Positions 1 to 13,860 of a stretch of DNA of 64,000 nucleotides are shown here, in pieces (position 1 is the first letter of the stretch; each line of letters begins with the position of its first letter). The notes below the pieces were generated by a model that worked only from the letters and a program-made list of their open reading frames with translations, was not told the DNA's origin and ran no database searches. A program made the translations under genes and the position numbers. The DNA is from Craspedostauros australis (lineage: Eukaryota). The DNA lies in NCBI GenBank assembly GCA_030167865.1, contig JALAGF010000723.1:1-64000 (forward strand), in the 5' to 3' direction.

Positions 1-1433
1 AATGCCCTCGATGCGCTGATCTGGTTAAAACGTAATATGTTTATCCTTTCCAATGAAGGTTTCATCAGAATACGATCCACAACGCAAAGAGTTGGAGCAA
101 ACAAATGGATGATGCACATATCTATTACTAATGTAGTCATTATCCCTTCATTAGATGCTATATATTCGTATGGACTATTTACATGCATTCTATGGCAATT
201 ATGACAAACTGTATGATGTGGTTTGTACTTTCCTGTGTGATACAGGTGGTCTACATTGATACACTAACCTTGGAGGTCGATGTGAAATCTCCGTGTCCAT
301 GAGATGTCGCACAGACATTTGGACGTTTTGTGCCACTAAGTGTTGTAAAAACAGGCTGGTTAGTGCAAATCGGCACTTCAAAAAGGCTGGTTAGTGAATT
401 TCCTCGAATGAAATACCTTCGTATATGTGATGGCATGGAGAAGGAAAACACAAACAAATACACAGACACAGACACACACGTGTCCATGAACGTTGCGATG
501 ACCGTTGCATCTGAATGGAATGGAAAGGATCGGGACGCGACGCAACGGAGGGAGAGAGAGAGAAGCGGCGATGCATCATACCTTGTTGGGCATCACGTGA
601 ACGATGGATTCCTACGTCAGATTGCACGCGCCAATTGCGAGCATCCCTTGTGACATCACAGCACGCTTCTATTTGCCGCTCCCGAATCAGCGCGAACAAG
701 CTCACCTGCCAATGCGTGGACGGACAGATGGATGAATGTGTGGAAGAGCGAAGCCAACCATCATCACCATTTGCCTGCAGACGAACGAAGTATTTCCATC
801 CTAGCAAGCGTGAAATGAACGCGTATCTTCAACACTTGTGCTAAGAGATATATATACATTGGTAGTCGTCCAATGCACTCTGCTCGATTCCTTCAATGAT
901 GACCGCTTGCGGCGATGTGCGACCTATGTACTCAGTGTAGGCGTACATGTGTATATTACCTTCAATTAAGTATTTCTCCTCAACTTTCAATGTTGTATTG
1001 TTCTCAATACTTAGTGTCATTAGCACTTCTACACGGGCTTCCAATGGTTCGGAGAAACTAACGTGGTCTTCGCTGCGACATCGCCAACGGATGAAAATGC
1101 ACTTTCTACCAATCACAACCAATCGTGGAACGTGTTGGAGAATGACTCGTGGTGGTCCATCGTCACAAAAGCGAATTGGTTGTACCCTTGTTGCGCAACA
1201 AAAGCGCGGAAGATTGTGATGTGCCGATTCTTCTTGACGAAAGGAAGAACAAAGCCGAATGGCCAATCAAAAGGTGGCAAGATGCAATTATTAATGCGAC
1301 TGCAACAGATTGGTGTGATGCGTGTGGGCCACGGATGCGCGTGCGTCGAGGGTTCCGCGTATCCAATTCTGGCATTTCGTGTCTGCCCGTGCAACCACAT
1401 GGGTCGTTTGTGTCCGTCCGACCTTGCTTCCCT

Positions 1434-1493
1434 TCCTCGTGCACTTTCCACACGTGAAAATCCTCCTGCACTTTCCACACGTGAAAATCCTCG
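1434..1493. repeat. 27-bp tandem duplication (TCCTCsTGCACTTTCCACACGTGAAAA x2, plus a partial copy), each copy containing CACGTG
   Basis: Two near-identical adjacent copies read directly, about 640 bp upstream of the sideroflexin ATG. Confidence 0.85.
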
Positions 1494-2134
1494 CCGAAGG
1501 CTTTTATGCGCTGTCATGTCCCTCTATTGGTTTCTTTGTTGGTCTGCCTGCACAGGTAACAACATGCCAATGAAACATAGGAACGGATGGACAGACTGAC
1601 GGGCCAATAGTTCGTCGAGCTTCTCGCGAACGTCTGGGGAAAACTGACTATCTGCGCCCTGGCCACAAAACGAGGTCATCATCACCAACATCGGGCATTT
1701 CCGCGTGTGGTTCCGCGCCTCATCCAACCACGCTGCTGGTTCTCCGCGGTGGCCTCCTGTTGACGATCATCGTTGTTGTCCTGCCAGTTGGAGCGCCATT
1801 CGAACTTCCCATCACATCACAAGGAATCACTTATTTCGAGAAACATAAATTACACACGAGACGGCATCGACGCACCACTCACTACCAGGGGAGAAGGGAA
1901 CACAAGCAAAGCATCGGCAAACACCAAAGAGAATCAAACGCATCCAGAACACTTGCACATAGAATACCAAACACCCAGAGAATCTCTCTATTAGCGACAG
2001 CACGAGCAGAGGGATCCTATTAACTTTCACATCTACAGCATCAACATAATTGGCAGCATTTCCATAATCTAACCAAATCAGATCGTAGCAAAGGAACGAC
2101 AGCAAAGGAACGACATCACGACCATATCACCACC

Positions 2135-4101
2135 ATGGCCAGCCTGATGAACATCACCGCGACGAAGGCAGCCATCACCACGAAGAGCGCGACTTTCCAG
2201 ATGGTCCTGCAGAGCAAGCAGCGGCGATTGCCGGCCCTGATCCGATCGAAGGCCACCGTCACCACTTCCAATGCAAATGCACCCACCAACACTGCGACCG
2301 GAGCAGCCACGGGAACGGGGGCCACCCCAGCGCAAGCGCACGCCCAGGCTCAGACCCAAGGGCCGGGACAGGGGCAGTCCGCCATCAGCTCCACCATGTC
2401 GGGCGGTGCCAACCTCACCACCCAGCGTGGAAAGGCCACCATGTCCATGCCAGCATCCAACGCAGGGCTCACCATGACCAGCACAGCCGCCTCCTCGGCC
2501 TCGAGCAGCAGCAGCTCGGCCAAACCATCCATCGCTTCGCTGTGCGCCGCGGCAGCCGCAGGCATCGCCACGGTGGGCTTGGCCGCCACCGCCGTCGAGC
2601 AGCTCACCGCTTCGGACTGCCCGCGCTACTACCATGCCGCCGCATCGCCGCAGGACAACAGCGACATCCACAACAACCGCCAGCGGCAGCGATTCGACGC
2701 ATCCACATTCGGGGGACGCTTCGCGCAGATGCTGCTGGCTTGCGATCCGCGGTTGCTGCTCAACACGCCGTCGCAGGTGCAGCGCGCGCAGGCCTTGCTC
2801 GATGATTGGCAGCTGCTTCGTGACGACCGATCGAGGGACCGCGAGCTATGGGAGGCCAAGCGCGTCGTGGAGGCCTCCGTGCATCCTGACACGGGATCCG
2901 TGATTCCTGCGCCGTTCCGCATGTCGGGTTACGTGCCCTTCAACGGACCGATCTGCGTTGCCATGGTGGCCTCCACCTCGACAGCGCCCATCCTCTTTTG
3001 GAGCTTCATCAATCAATCCCAGAACGCTCTGGTCAACTACTACGTGAGTTCCTCAACGACAGCAGCCTTGAGGTTGAGTTTGAGCCGTGGTTGAACCGAG
3101 GTTGCACGCGTCTGCTATGTTACAGCGAGCGCGTTCGCCTTTCCTGTCAACCTGCATGTCTGTGAGCTTGTGGCAAGGTGCTGATGCTGACGGTGATGCT
3201 GATGGTGATGTTTAAGTGTGGAGAAAGGAATGGGCACGGATGCCATGTGAACGCACAGAGGATCGGCACAGACGCTTGAAGATGGACATTCCTTTCGTGT
3301 TGGTGTGATGACCCATATCGTACACTTCACTCTTGCCAATACCAACGAATACAACTCACATGTTCCCTTTCCATCTTCATCTCCATCTGCCAACGATGCT
3401 CGTGTGACCACTTCGGTAACAACCACCCCATCTTCATTCCCCTCCCTGCACAGAATCGCAACGCCTCGGCTCCCATGTCCAACGAGACCTTGCTGAAGAG
3501 CTACGGCGCGGCCGTCACGGCGGCCTTGTCCGTCGCATTCGGGTTGGCCACCGTCATCCAGAAACGATACCCCAAGGAGCAGGCCTCACGCCTTCTCAAG
3601 TGGGTGGCATTCCCATCGGCAGTCGTCGCATCCAGCCTCAACTGCTACATCGTGCGCAGCCCGGAAATCGATGCCGGCATCCCGCTGCTGGATCCGGTCA
3701 CGCACGAACCGATCCAGGTCTACAACAACGCAACGGGTACCACCGAACCAGCCCTGTCACAGGAGGCCGCCCGACGAGGCGTCAACTCGACCACCGTCTC
3801 CCGCGCCATCCTGCAGGCGCCCGTCTACTTCCTCCCGCCGCTCCTGGCTGGAAGCCTTCCGCTCCTCGCGCCCTACCTGCGACGCCGTCCTCAGTTCGTC
3901 GTGCCTGTCACCACCTACCTCCTGCTCGTCAGCTTCGGTATCGGCCTGCCAGCATCCGTCGCCTGCTTCCCGCAGATGGCATCGATCGCAGCATCCGACG
4001 TCGAACCGCGCTACCAGCATCTCTCCAAGCAGTCCGTGCAGCCCGATGGCACCGTCGTGCACAGGCCGTCTGACTCGTACGTCTACAACAAGGGGATGTA
4101 G
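2135..4101 (+). CDS. Sideroflexin (mitochondrial tricarboxylate/serine carrier family), 2 exons: 2135-3043 and 3454-4101
   Basis: Motifs HPDTG..IPAPFRMSGYVP and FINQSQNALVNYY. Intron 3044-3453 (GTGAGT...CAG) rejoins NYY|NRNAS. The protein ends YVYNKGM, matching the family C-terminal YNKG(L/M). Confidence 0.92.
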
Positions 4102-5088
4102 AGTATGGGTTCTATGAAGCACGTGCTTGTCTTGTTTGTGCGGCGTATCAGAACAATTCTGGTACAGTGGCTATCATACTCGTACGTACAGTACAGGCAA
4201 GCAGAGTCCGGTATCGTGCAGCTTCGGTCATAAAACGGCATGAGAGAGGAGTGCGAAGGTGGGTTGGGTCGAGTTGGGTTGTGAATGCATGAAGCACGCA
4301 ACCAACTGATCGGCATGCGAGTACCAGCAGGTTTTGACAACAAGAATACAGTAGAGCAGCTAGTTTATGTCACACATGAAATCCTCGCTATAGCATTGCT
4401 CCTGTCTTGCAACAAGCGACGGATCCTTCAGTCATCATCGAACCCGCTTGGACAAGGAGTGCTCTGGAGAGACTCGGAGGCAGAGTTGCAGTCTGTGCTG
4501 ATCATGCACACAAGTCCACGTACCATTCATTGCCATGTCATTGCGTGCATCAATCATCTTGCTCGACTTCCTTGCTCGAAATCGCTGACATCAATGTATC
4601 CACCTCCGCCTGCGTGAAGCCGAGACCTCCAGAAGCTCATCGTTCTGTCCCCCCACTGCGAATTGGTCGCCGATGGATGCCATGGTGCATTGTCGTACTT
4701 GGCGAAGTCATGGCCAAAGGGATCTGTGATCGTTGCTGTGGAAGTTCGGGTATTCGTTGATTCTTGCTACTCTTTTTCGGAGGCATTTTCAACAAGAACA
4801 ACCACTGTTCGCAATCGAGAACAGGCCAATGGCATGTCGTAACTCTCAACTTCGAGTCGATCAGATTGCCCTCTTTCGCCAACAAGGGCAACTCCTTCGG
4901 AGGTTGGAAGACGCAACGCAACCATGCAGCACCTGCGTCTACGACCTATGGCATGCAGGCACATTTCCAAAGGTGACGATCGTATTATATTCAATGACAC
5001 GATTGCTAAAGCTACTGTTACATCCACCTATCCCCAGTTCCCTGCCGTCCCTCACCAATCTCCCCTTTTCGGTGGCAATCTCTTCACT

Positions 5089-8000
5089 CTACCGCGACGA
5101 GCCGGACTCCTCACCGATCTTGTTCTGGTTGTAGTTCTCCAGGTAGACCTCGACGATTGCCTTGCCCTTCTTCTCCCACTCGTTACGGTTCGTCTTCGCG
5201 TAATTCAGATACTCGTCGGCGCCGACGCCAAACACCCCACAATCCTGCAGCTTCTTCGCGAGCGGGATGATGTAAAAGTCGAAGAAGTTCAGTTCCCCCT
5301 GGTACCAGCCTGTTGACGGATCCGTGAACACTTCACGGGCTTCGTCGCTGTCATCCTGCTGGTCGCCTTCAGCTGTTGCCCCCTCTTCTGCCTTTCGGCG
5401 CTCGGTGCGTCCCTCCCGGAAGGCCTGGTAGGACTCCCAGAAGAATCGTTCGTTCCATTTCTGCGCCGGTCGAAGGTGGTTGGGGAGGAAGCCGCATAAT
5501 ACCATACGTATGTACAAGAGAGAGAGAGAGAGACGTACGGTTTTATGAGATACGGTGCTTTCCACACAAAAAGGCAAAGGGCACGATGATCAATGCTCTC
5601 GACATCCATGTTGTAAGCGTAGGTACGGTGCAATGCCGCACAGCACAGCATATCGCTTTTCTTCGCTCGTATCGTGTAAGTACTTACCAGGTATACGTGC
5701 CAATGTTGCATGGTGTGAGCGACATCCGATGCCTGGATCAGATGCTCGATCACGATCGTCGCTTTGCGGTTCATGCTGTCCTTGGCCGTCGCATCATCCT
5801 CGACAGACGAGTCCCTCGTAGCGAAGGCACGTTCCCATCGATTGCGGCGCAACTGGCCAAGTTCCCTGTCCGCGATGTCTGTCGCCATGACCGTGTTCAC
5901 CACCAGCTGTCGGAAGCGCGAGAGCTCTGCCTGATTCGAGTAGATGCAAGCACGCAACGCCCTGTACTTTTGCTGCATCAGCATGTCCCATGCGATGTCG
6001 ACGGAATGCTGTTCCGCGATGCTCTTGTTGCTGTACTTTTGCGCTTGGTCGGTGCCCTCGCGCACGAGCTGGGCGTTCGGCACGCCAGGATGATCGACGT
6101 CGTGGATCAAAGCCGAGAAGGCCACGGCGAACTGCGTCAAAGGCTCGGACGCAATGCCGTACGTGTAGTTGTGCAGCTTCATGCTCTTGCCTTGGTCCTT
6201 GCTTGGACCGATGCTGTCGGGCGTCACGACGCGGGACAGCAGCTTCGTAACTGATTGAGTCACATGGCTGATGGTGCAAGATGATACGGAGCAGGAATCA
6301 AGAATCAGCGTAGCACAGCACAACAGAGATATGGCAGTACGATACAGGGCATGATGTAGAGCATTGTCGATGCATGAAACGCGACGGCAGGAGGAGGAAG
6401 CGATACGAGAGAAAGCAAGATGGAGTTAGTTTGACGAATGCGATGCATCGCGACAAGTCGAGGTGCGTTGGGGCGCCACAGCCACACATGCACACGCACT
6501 TGTGCAATACGAGTAGGTGGACACGCAGTTCTTTGACGTACCTGGCATGATCAAACGAATGGAAGCAATTGCTGTTGTACATCTGCGAGATGCACGTGAT
6601 GTAGTCATGAAGTTGTTCAATCGCGTCTGTCGGAAGCACAACGGTGCTGGGATCCACTTTGTAACCCGATGCCTTGTTCGGTAGATCGATGATTTCTTGC
6701 ACTTCATCCAGAACTGTGGCTCCGGTTGGCGTGGCCGCGAATTGCTGAGACTGTCTGTACAGCCGGACCTTGCCGCCTCTCATGGCGACAACCCTCTTGA
6801 GCAACATCTGGAGAACGTCCCGGTTCCAGTTCACCAAGCGTTCCCGCCTATCCACGTCTGCGTCGCTCGAATCCAGAACGAGCTCAGATGAGGCACCCGA
6901 TGATCGGCTCACCGTTCTTGCCTGCTTGGCCGAAGTCTCGAGTCCGCTGCTGCCATGGTTCTGCTGCGATGGGCTTCGTGGGTGTTCTAGCGTCGCGAGC
7001 GATGCCGATGTGACGGACGCGGACGTGTTGGAACGGCTGTAGCAGAGCCAGTAGGTTTGGAGCTCTCCTTTTCCTTTGACCTGGGCCTTGGTCTCGCGAG
7101 GCTCGACCCAGAGATCTCTGCAGGAGCCTTCGACGATCAAGTCAGCAGTCTGCTGAGACACCTGGATGCGGTTGCGGATGCCGGTGCTCTCCATGCGTGC
7201 GGCTGTGTTCACCGTGTCACCGAAGAGCTGGAAACGGGACTTTTCACCACGCAGCACGCCAGCTGTAACTGACCCGGAATGGATGCCAATCCGCATGCAC
7301 AGCTCGGCCGTGTCTGGTCCCAACGAGATCTCGAGTTCCTTGACAACGCTCGCCATCTTTGACAAGCAATCCCGTGCGAACCTTGCCATGACGATCGCAT
7401 GGTTTGCCATGGGATCTGGCAAGCCTGTGGCAGCCACATAGCAATCGCCAATCGTCTGTAAGATTTATCAGCAGAGGGCAAACGGAGATGAATAGATGGG
7501 GGCGATGAAGGGCGTGTGAGAAACCTCCTACGAGTACAAGCGACAATAGTCCCCGCCCTCTGCCTTTTCATTGCAGCACAGCACAGCACAACAGACCCAG
7601 CAGACGAGGATGTGATTGGACTTACCTCGACCTTGAAGACACGGCGACGTCGTGCGATGCGATCGAAGGAGTTGTAAATGGCCTCCAACAGTGCGAACAC
7701 CTGGGTTGGTTCGCGTGTCGAACTCCATGCCGTGAAGCCAGAGATGTCCGCAAAAAGGACGGAGGTGTTCAGGAAAAGATCCGCTATCGGCAACGACGAG
7801 TCCACCTGCGATGGACGGTCGAGTGAGAACGGATCAAGCATCTCATTCGTCGTCTCGTGCTGACTGGCAAGACGGTCGCCTCCGAAGCCCATTTTGGTCT
7901 TTTCAGGCTTCGCTGAGCTCGTTGCGTAGTCATCCATCAACCGGTCGCGGACGTTGGAAGGGAAGAGCGAGGTGACGATGGCGTTGGAACGTTCGGCGCT

Positions 8001-9866
8001 CGTGAGCACCTTGTTCTGTCGCCTTTCGACGAGGCAATCATACAAGACGAACACCAACGTCGTGATGATGAAGATGGAGATGGCCCCGACGGTGAAAATG
8101 ATTGGCGTGTCGTCAAAGTACTGATCTCTGAAGTCGTCTGTGGGGTAGAAATCGAGGGTGTGGAGACACTCCAATTCGTTGGAAAATGGTGTGAAGGCGG
8201 TGCTCGATTTCAGATCTTCGAACTCCGTATCGTGCAAGTCCTCGGGACCCAAGTATTCCACGCTGGGTCCATCGATGAGGTAGCTTTGGGTTTGATTACA
8301 GTTGTTGTGAATCACAAGGAGGACGCCGCCCACGCTCGCCGTGAGCAAGTTCTTGAAGTAGTTGATCCACGGCAGCAACGAGATGATGACCCCTGTAACG
8401 TCACCACCCTTGGCCGTCCTGAAGATGGGAGCAAGGAGGACACTTTCGGGAAGGGTATCATTTTCGTCGAGATTCCGGACCTGTGTCAGCACCGGCGCCT
8501 GCAACTCCAGCATTCGCGCGTAGGGCTTTGGGATAGTGGGCAATCCGAAACTATCGAAATTGGAAATCCGTTGATTCCCTTGAATGGGTGCCACCATCCG
8601 CAGTGGCAAGAAGTCAGATTGGCCCTCCCGCGGCTTCGTATCTGGGCGCGGAGGTGGGCGGAAGCTGCTGTAGATGAAGGGGACAATGGGCGCAAGTGGA
8701 GCATCTCCCATATTCTGGAACTCCATGCCCTCTTGCCTCCAGCCCTGCTCTGCGACGGAAAAGTTGTTGTAGGCCTCGAGTTGATCTGGTTTCACCAGAC
8801 ACGCGTACCCCATGCTCTTCGCCCCTGTTTGTTTGATGAGCTTGTCGGTTTGGGCCTCGAACTGCGGCATGGTGACGAAGGGCCATTGCGAACCGCTTCC
8901 ACTGATGCATTAGATGGCGTTGATGGTGTAGAGTCGATAAATTGGTACAACATGTGCATCGGCCACAGGCAGGGTCAAGTGGTTCAATAAAACAAAGCAC
9001 ATACAGGATACGTGAGTAGGTGAGGGAATGGACAAGTGATTGAGCGAAATTGAGGTGACCATGCGAGATGATGTTCGGGGATAGGATGGCGCTACGAGTA
9101 CATGCCGTTGTCCGCAATCGCGCGAATTCCTCCCAGAACAATTCCTCGCCACCGGTCACCATGCCCATCTTCGGAATAGTTCGTACGGCATCGCAAACAC
9201 ATCCCGAAATTCCTGCAGAGGGGAGACTTACATGGCGTAGGAGGTGATCTGGAGTGCGAAAGCGTCGTAGGAATCGAAGATCTTGGCGGCGTTGATTTGA
9301 TACACGCTGATGATCTGGGATGCAGTTTCACGGAACTGTTGTTTGAGTTGAAAGAGGTGGCGGACGTACGCATGCATGCATGGTGGTGGGCAGATGGATA
9401 TCAATATGAGTATGTGTGTATGTATGTGGTTGATACGCAGAATGTGAGAGGCACGGAAGAGGCAAGAGCGCGAACGGCTTCAAGTGCGACGCTATCCATC
9501 AACGACGATGGCAGTGGCAAAAGCAGCAGTAGTCTTGGCAGCAGCAGCAGCAACATCATCTCGACTTACCCTCGTCCTGAACTCGTCGTCTTGCTGCTGG
9601 CGCGTGTACAGGTAGGTGGCCGCTGCGGCACCACCTGCCGCCAACAACAGAACGCATAGCACGAGCAACTTGGACCATGTGACTGCCTTCGTCTCGCGCG
9701 CTGCCAAAGGGGCCGGCGTAGACTTGCTGTCGCCGTTTGTGCCAAGCGTTGGGGCCGAGTTGATGCTCCCGCCCGAGCTTCCTGTCCAGCTCTCGCCCTG
9801 CGGCTGGCCGCTCTCGCTGACGCTGCCGCTGTGCGAGTCCATCTCCTCGAGGTCGCTCGACATCAT
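5089..9866 (-). CDS. Membrane receptor-type adenylate/guanylate cyclase fused to a class I cyclic-nucleotide phosphodiesterase; 6 exons (9866-9570, 9335-9232, 8901-7626, 7455-6542, 6267-5688, 5460-5089), 1180 aa
   Basis: All five introns are GT..AG and the exon lengths sum to 3543 nt, in frame. Two TM helices flank an extracytoplasmic domain (WPFVTMPQFE). Cyclase motifs: LFADISGFT, VFKVE|TIGDCYVA, RIGIHSG, RFQLFGDTVNTAARMES, VKGKG. PDE motifs: FHSFDHA|SHV, HDVDHPGVPN, ATDI, IQASDVAH. Confidence 0.93.
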
Positions 9867-12800
9867 CTTGCTCTGCTCTCCGACGATGTCCTTGGTGTTG
9901 CCTTGGGGTCTCGACGTTGGTTGGATCGAGCGTAGTGTTATGCAGGAATGTCCTGTCTTGCGTGGCGTTTCGTGGCGTTGATGTGGTGACCTGGCCTGTC
10001 CTTGAGTTGTTCGGGTGAGAGTGGTGATGGATGGATGGATGTATAGATGGTTGCTTGGTGGTCGTAGTCTTCTTGATGGTGCTGGTTTAGATGGACTTGT
10101 CTTTCGTTGCTCGAGCTGTTGGCGCGAGTATGTATTGGTAGGTCCGTGTGGTAAATTCGTGGTGGAGTGAAAAGTATGGAATGATTGTCACTCTTGTGTG
10201 CGGTGTAGCTCCCAAAGATGATTTATGAGGTTTGCCCTTGTGGGGTGCTGCCATTTCAGCACATGAAAGTGAATGTTTGTGTTGTTTCCACAGTCAAAGG
10301 CGGTTGTTGCATGTCGTCTCTTCTTCCATCCCTCCGTGCCCGGTCTCGACCGGTTGGGTTCGTGCTCGTCCTTTCGCGCACAACGATCGCGGAACCGGTA
10401 GGGCGCGCATGCGCTTTGGTTCATGCACAGAGGACTTCCGTTCTCAATCTTGTCGATCAGCCCCTTGCGGGCTATGTCGTTTTCGGTCCTCGTGGACTCC
10501 TTCGCTGTGGACGAGTTGTTGTCTTGGTCCAGCCCTGCGCACGGCAACATGTGCCGCGTTACTGTGACGATTTCTGCCGCCGAAACGCACGGATTCTTGG
10601 CCTCTCGTTCTCACATTGTGATCAGATTTCGAGATTAACCGCTGGGACTTTTTGGCACGCCTGTAACGGGTGTGGACGAACACCTCCACGAAAGCACCAA
10701 CGGACTTGTGTCAATTCACGTACAATGCCGCCAATGACCGACACAGAGAAAACAACAATGCTGCTCGGGGGTTCTTTATGTCCTGTTGTTGCTTCCACGT
10801 ACACGTTTCATGTTTATCAATTTAGTCGCCTATTCATCGACAACGAGATGCTGTGTTCCGATTGTTGATGCCTCAACATGGCATTGTGTCACGCTGTTCG
10901 TTGCTAAGTATGCACACAAACTTCAGCCGAACTTACACCGCACGCACACAAACTTCGCCAACAATTGCAAGAACAAGGACAAGAACAAGAACAGGGTCAC
11001 CTCATGCACACACGATCTTGTCAGCTGTCATCGAAGAACACGAAAGAATTTGGGGAGAACACTTAGACAGCGCCAAAGGGCTATGGTATTCCATCAAAAC
11101 CTCTGAGAAAGTCGCGATCTTGGCGGTCTTGGTGGTACCAATTGTAACAAATTCCCAACACATTCATTTTCGCCCACATCCCTTCCGCAACCAAGGACTT
11201 TCCTCCTTGTGACTGTAAAGCCGCCAACGATACCCACGCCCACAGTTGACCATTTCCGCACGTAGACGTATCGCACACAGAAAAGTGATGATGGCATCAA
11301 CGCGGGACAAGAGCAAACATCGTAATTTTCTTTCGCCTTTATCATCTGATACGGTGTGCTTCGTTGGGGCAGAAGCCGACAAGTAAGTTAGTTGATGGCT
11401 GTCACGCGATCGTCGCTCGGACATGTGGCCAACAGCGAAGACAAGGAGCGAGGGATCCTTGGTTCCCCTGATCCTCTCATGGAGTCAAATGGAAGTGAAC
11501 ATGGATGATTCTTGCCGTCATGGATGACGGTGACGGCGATGCCCTTGAATGACATTGGTCCCCCTCTCTCTCTATGTCACTCCGTCGAGCATGAACAGCG
11601 CTTCGCGACGAATGGGAAGGAACTCTTTTGTCTACTTGATTGCAACCGTTCGTCAAATCAACCATGATGATGAGGAAACGAAGGTCTCGTTGAGATTCGG
11701 TGGACATGGTAAACACAGGCGCCCTTGCCATTGTGTGCGGTACGACACCAAACTCACACTGATACGCACCAGTACCACACATGAACGCTTTGGTACACAT
11801 TCGCATCCCTGTGTCATCCTTCTCCTGTTCTGCTGGTTGCGGAGTAGTCGTGCGAATATGCGTGGTGGCGACGAACCTGCAATGCCAGATGTGCGCCATT
11901 GCTACACACATTCGCAGCTCCAGAGGCAAGGAGGACGACCTATTCATCGAACACAGAAACATAAACGCCGTCGTCCACGCAAGACGGCAGGTCGCGGGGA
12001 GACTTTGTCAACGTCCCCATCACTCCAGCTCAAGTGTCCCTTGCCACGCACGCAGATCCGCTGTGAGGTTGATTGGGCCGATGAATGAACAGTTCCTCAT
12101 GGCAACTTGGAGCCCGTCGCCTGTTGCCATCCTGTGTCCACGAGCGGGTGGGTGTCAGCACAAAGTACAATAGAGTAGTAGTACATATAACACTCTGATG
12201 ATGTACAAACAACTGAAACAAGATGAGGAATACTCGAGCTCGTGCAATTGCAACACAAGTACGAGCTGCATGCTTGTTCGAGAATTGCCCTTGTGGTCAT
12301 AGATGAGCGTGCTGGGGCGGTGGGTGGTCCTTCCCAGAGCGCCTGGCATTTGTATGAATGCGAGCCGTAGAAGTTGCAGCGGTGTGCATACATACAAGCT
12401 GCTCGGACTTGCACCCAGCTGTACGAGCACGACCAATGATGCGCTCATTTCACTTTGTGATCCCGGTACCCTCCTCGCTTTCTCATTCTCCACATGTTCC
12501 TACCTTTCGCAGATTGTGTTATTAAGCGATAGGAACTTCACGGCTGCTACCATTCTGGCAGAGACGCTTCCGTAGGTCAATCACACAAACATACAGTAGA
12601 TCGTTCAACAACACTGAACAGTATGAGCACTTCGACAGGCGGCAACACCTTTTGTATCCACGACACGGGAAAGGGAAGGGGCGCGAGCTATTCTACTATG
12701 GAAACGGACGCATGTGCAGGCAAGTGCAGGCATGTGCAGGTATGTGAAGGCACGTGGACGTGGATGCAGCCAGTCAGAGATGCTCGCGTGTGGCACAGGG

Positions 12801-13860
12801 TACAGAGGGGTGATCCCCAGAAGCAGACATGGCCCGGGAGGTCTTAGGAGAGGAGATGGAAGTTGCCATTGATTGCACTTTGGGAATGGTGAAGGTGCGA
12901 GCTCGAAGAGCAATCAAATCGGGTTGGCCGCAATGAATTCATTCGGCGACGAACTCCTTCGTGACATGGCAGAGAATGGTCGACACCACACGACCACAGC
13001 ATCGCATTATCGAGATCACAGAATCACTGTAATGTTGGCCCAAAGTCTCGCTCTTCCAAGGCCAATGATGCCTTCGATGTCGTGCCCGTACGAGCAAAAA
13101 TATTTGATGGAACATCTGGATTCCGACTGGCATGTGAGCGTTGTTGGAGGGACATGGACAACGCGCACAAGAAGACTTGCAGACAACAGGGTCATAGCGA
13201 GATGTTGGGAAGAGTACAATCGAAATGAAGTGTCTCGAGACCTTCCAGCTGTTGGATAGCGCCGACGACTATCATTGTAGAATACGTATGAGTATTTCTG
13301 CTCCATCCACTCCGCCTGGAAAGTGAAGCGCCCAATGCATCCGCAACTGAAGGGACACAAGAACATACAAACCTACCGAAGAGAAGGCAGCTAAGGAGCG
13401 ATGCCGCCTTGTGTCTGTAATGTCGTTTGTGCTGACGACCTGAAGTCAATGTCTGATGAGGCTTGTGAAGAGCATCCGAAGGGACGGGCTGTTCCACAAC
13501 GGTGTCCGGCTTCTCAATTTTGTATTTTGTTGTTGTCGATGTTTGGATTCTCTGTCCTACCTTTGACACAGACAGACATAGAGACACAGACATCAACTGA
13601 CAACGTTGCAGCTGACACAAACAGACAGACACACCAAGACTGAATCGATGCTCTCGGGCCCTTCGTCCCGCGCCATGATGGTTGGTGTTTGTGAATAGCT
13701 CGAACATGGTGTGTCCATCCCTACTTCCGCAGGTGCCGCTTGTATCTTTGATCCCAGAAGATCTCTAAACGCGATTGTGTAGGACAAAGCTGATTACTAT
13801 TCCTGATTCCATCAGCTCATCGATGACAGAGTGCCGCAGATGTGGGCGCACGGCCACGCT

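Noticed and set aside
1..420. AT-richer start with the frame NALDALIWLKRN, faintly like a Helitron-associated LxWLKxNN motif
   Set aside because: One short motif at the window edge with no Rep or helicase motifs; cannot be supported.
12850..13400. Minus-strand fragments such as AIQQLEGLETLHFD suggesting a decayed LRR-like gene
   Set aside because: Short, spread over different frames, with no repeated LRR units or clear splice model.
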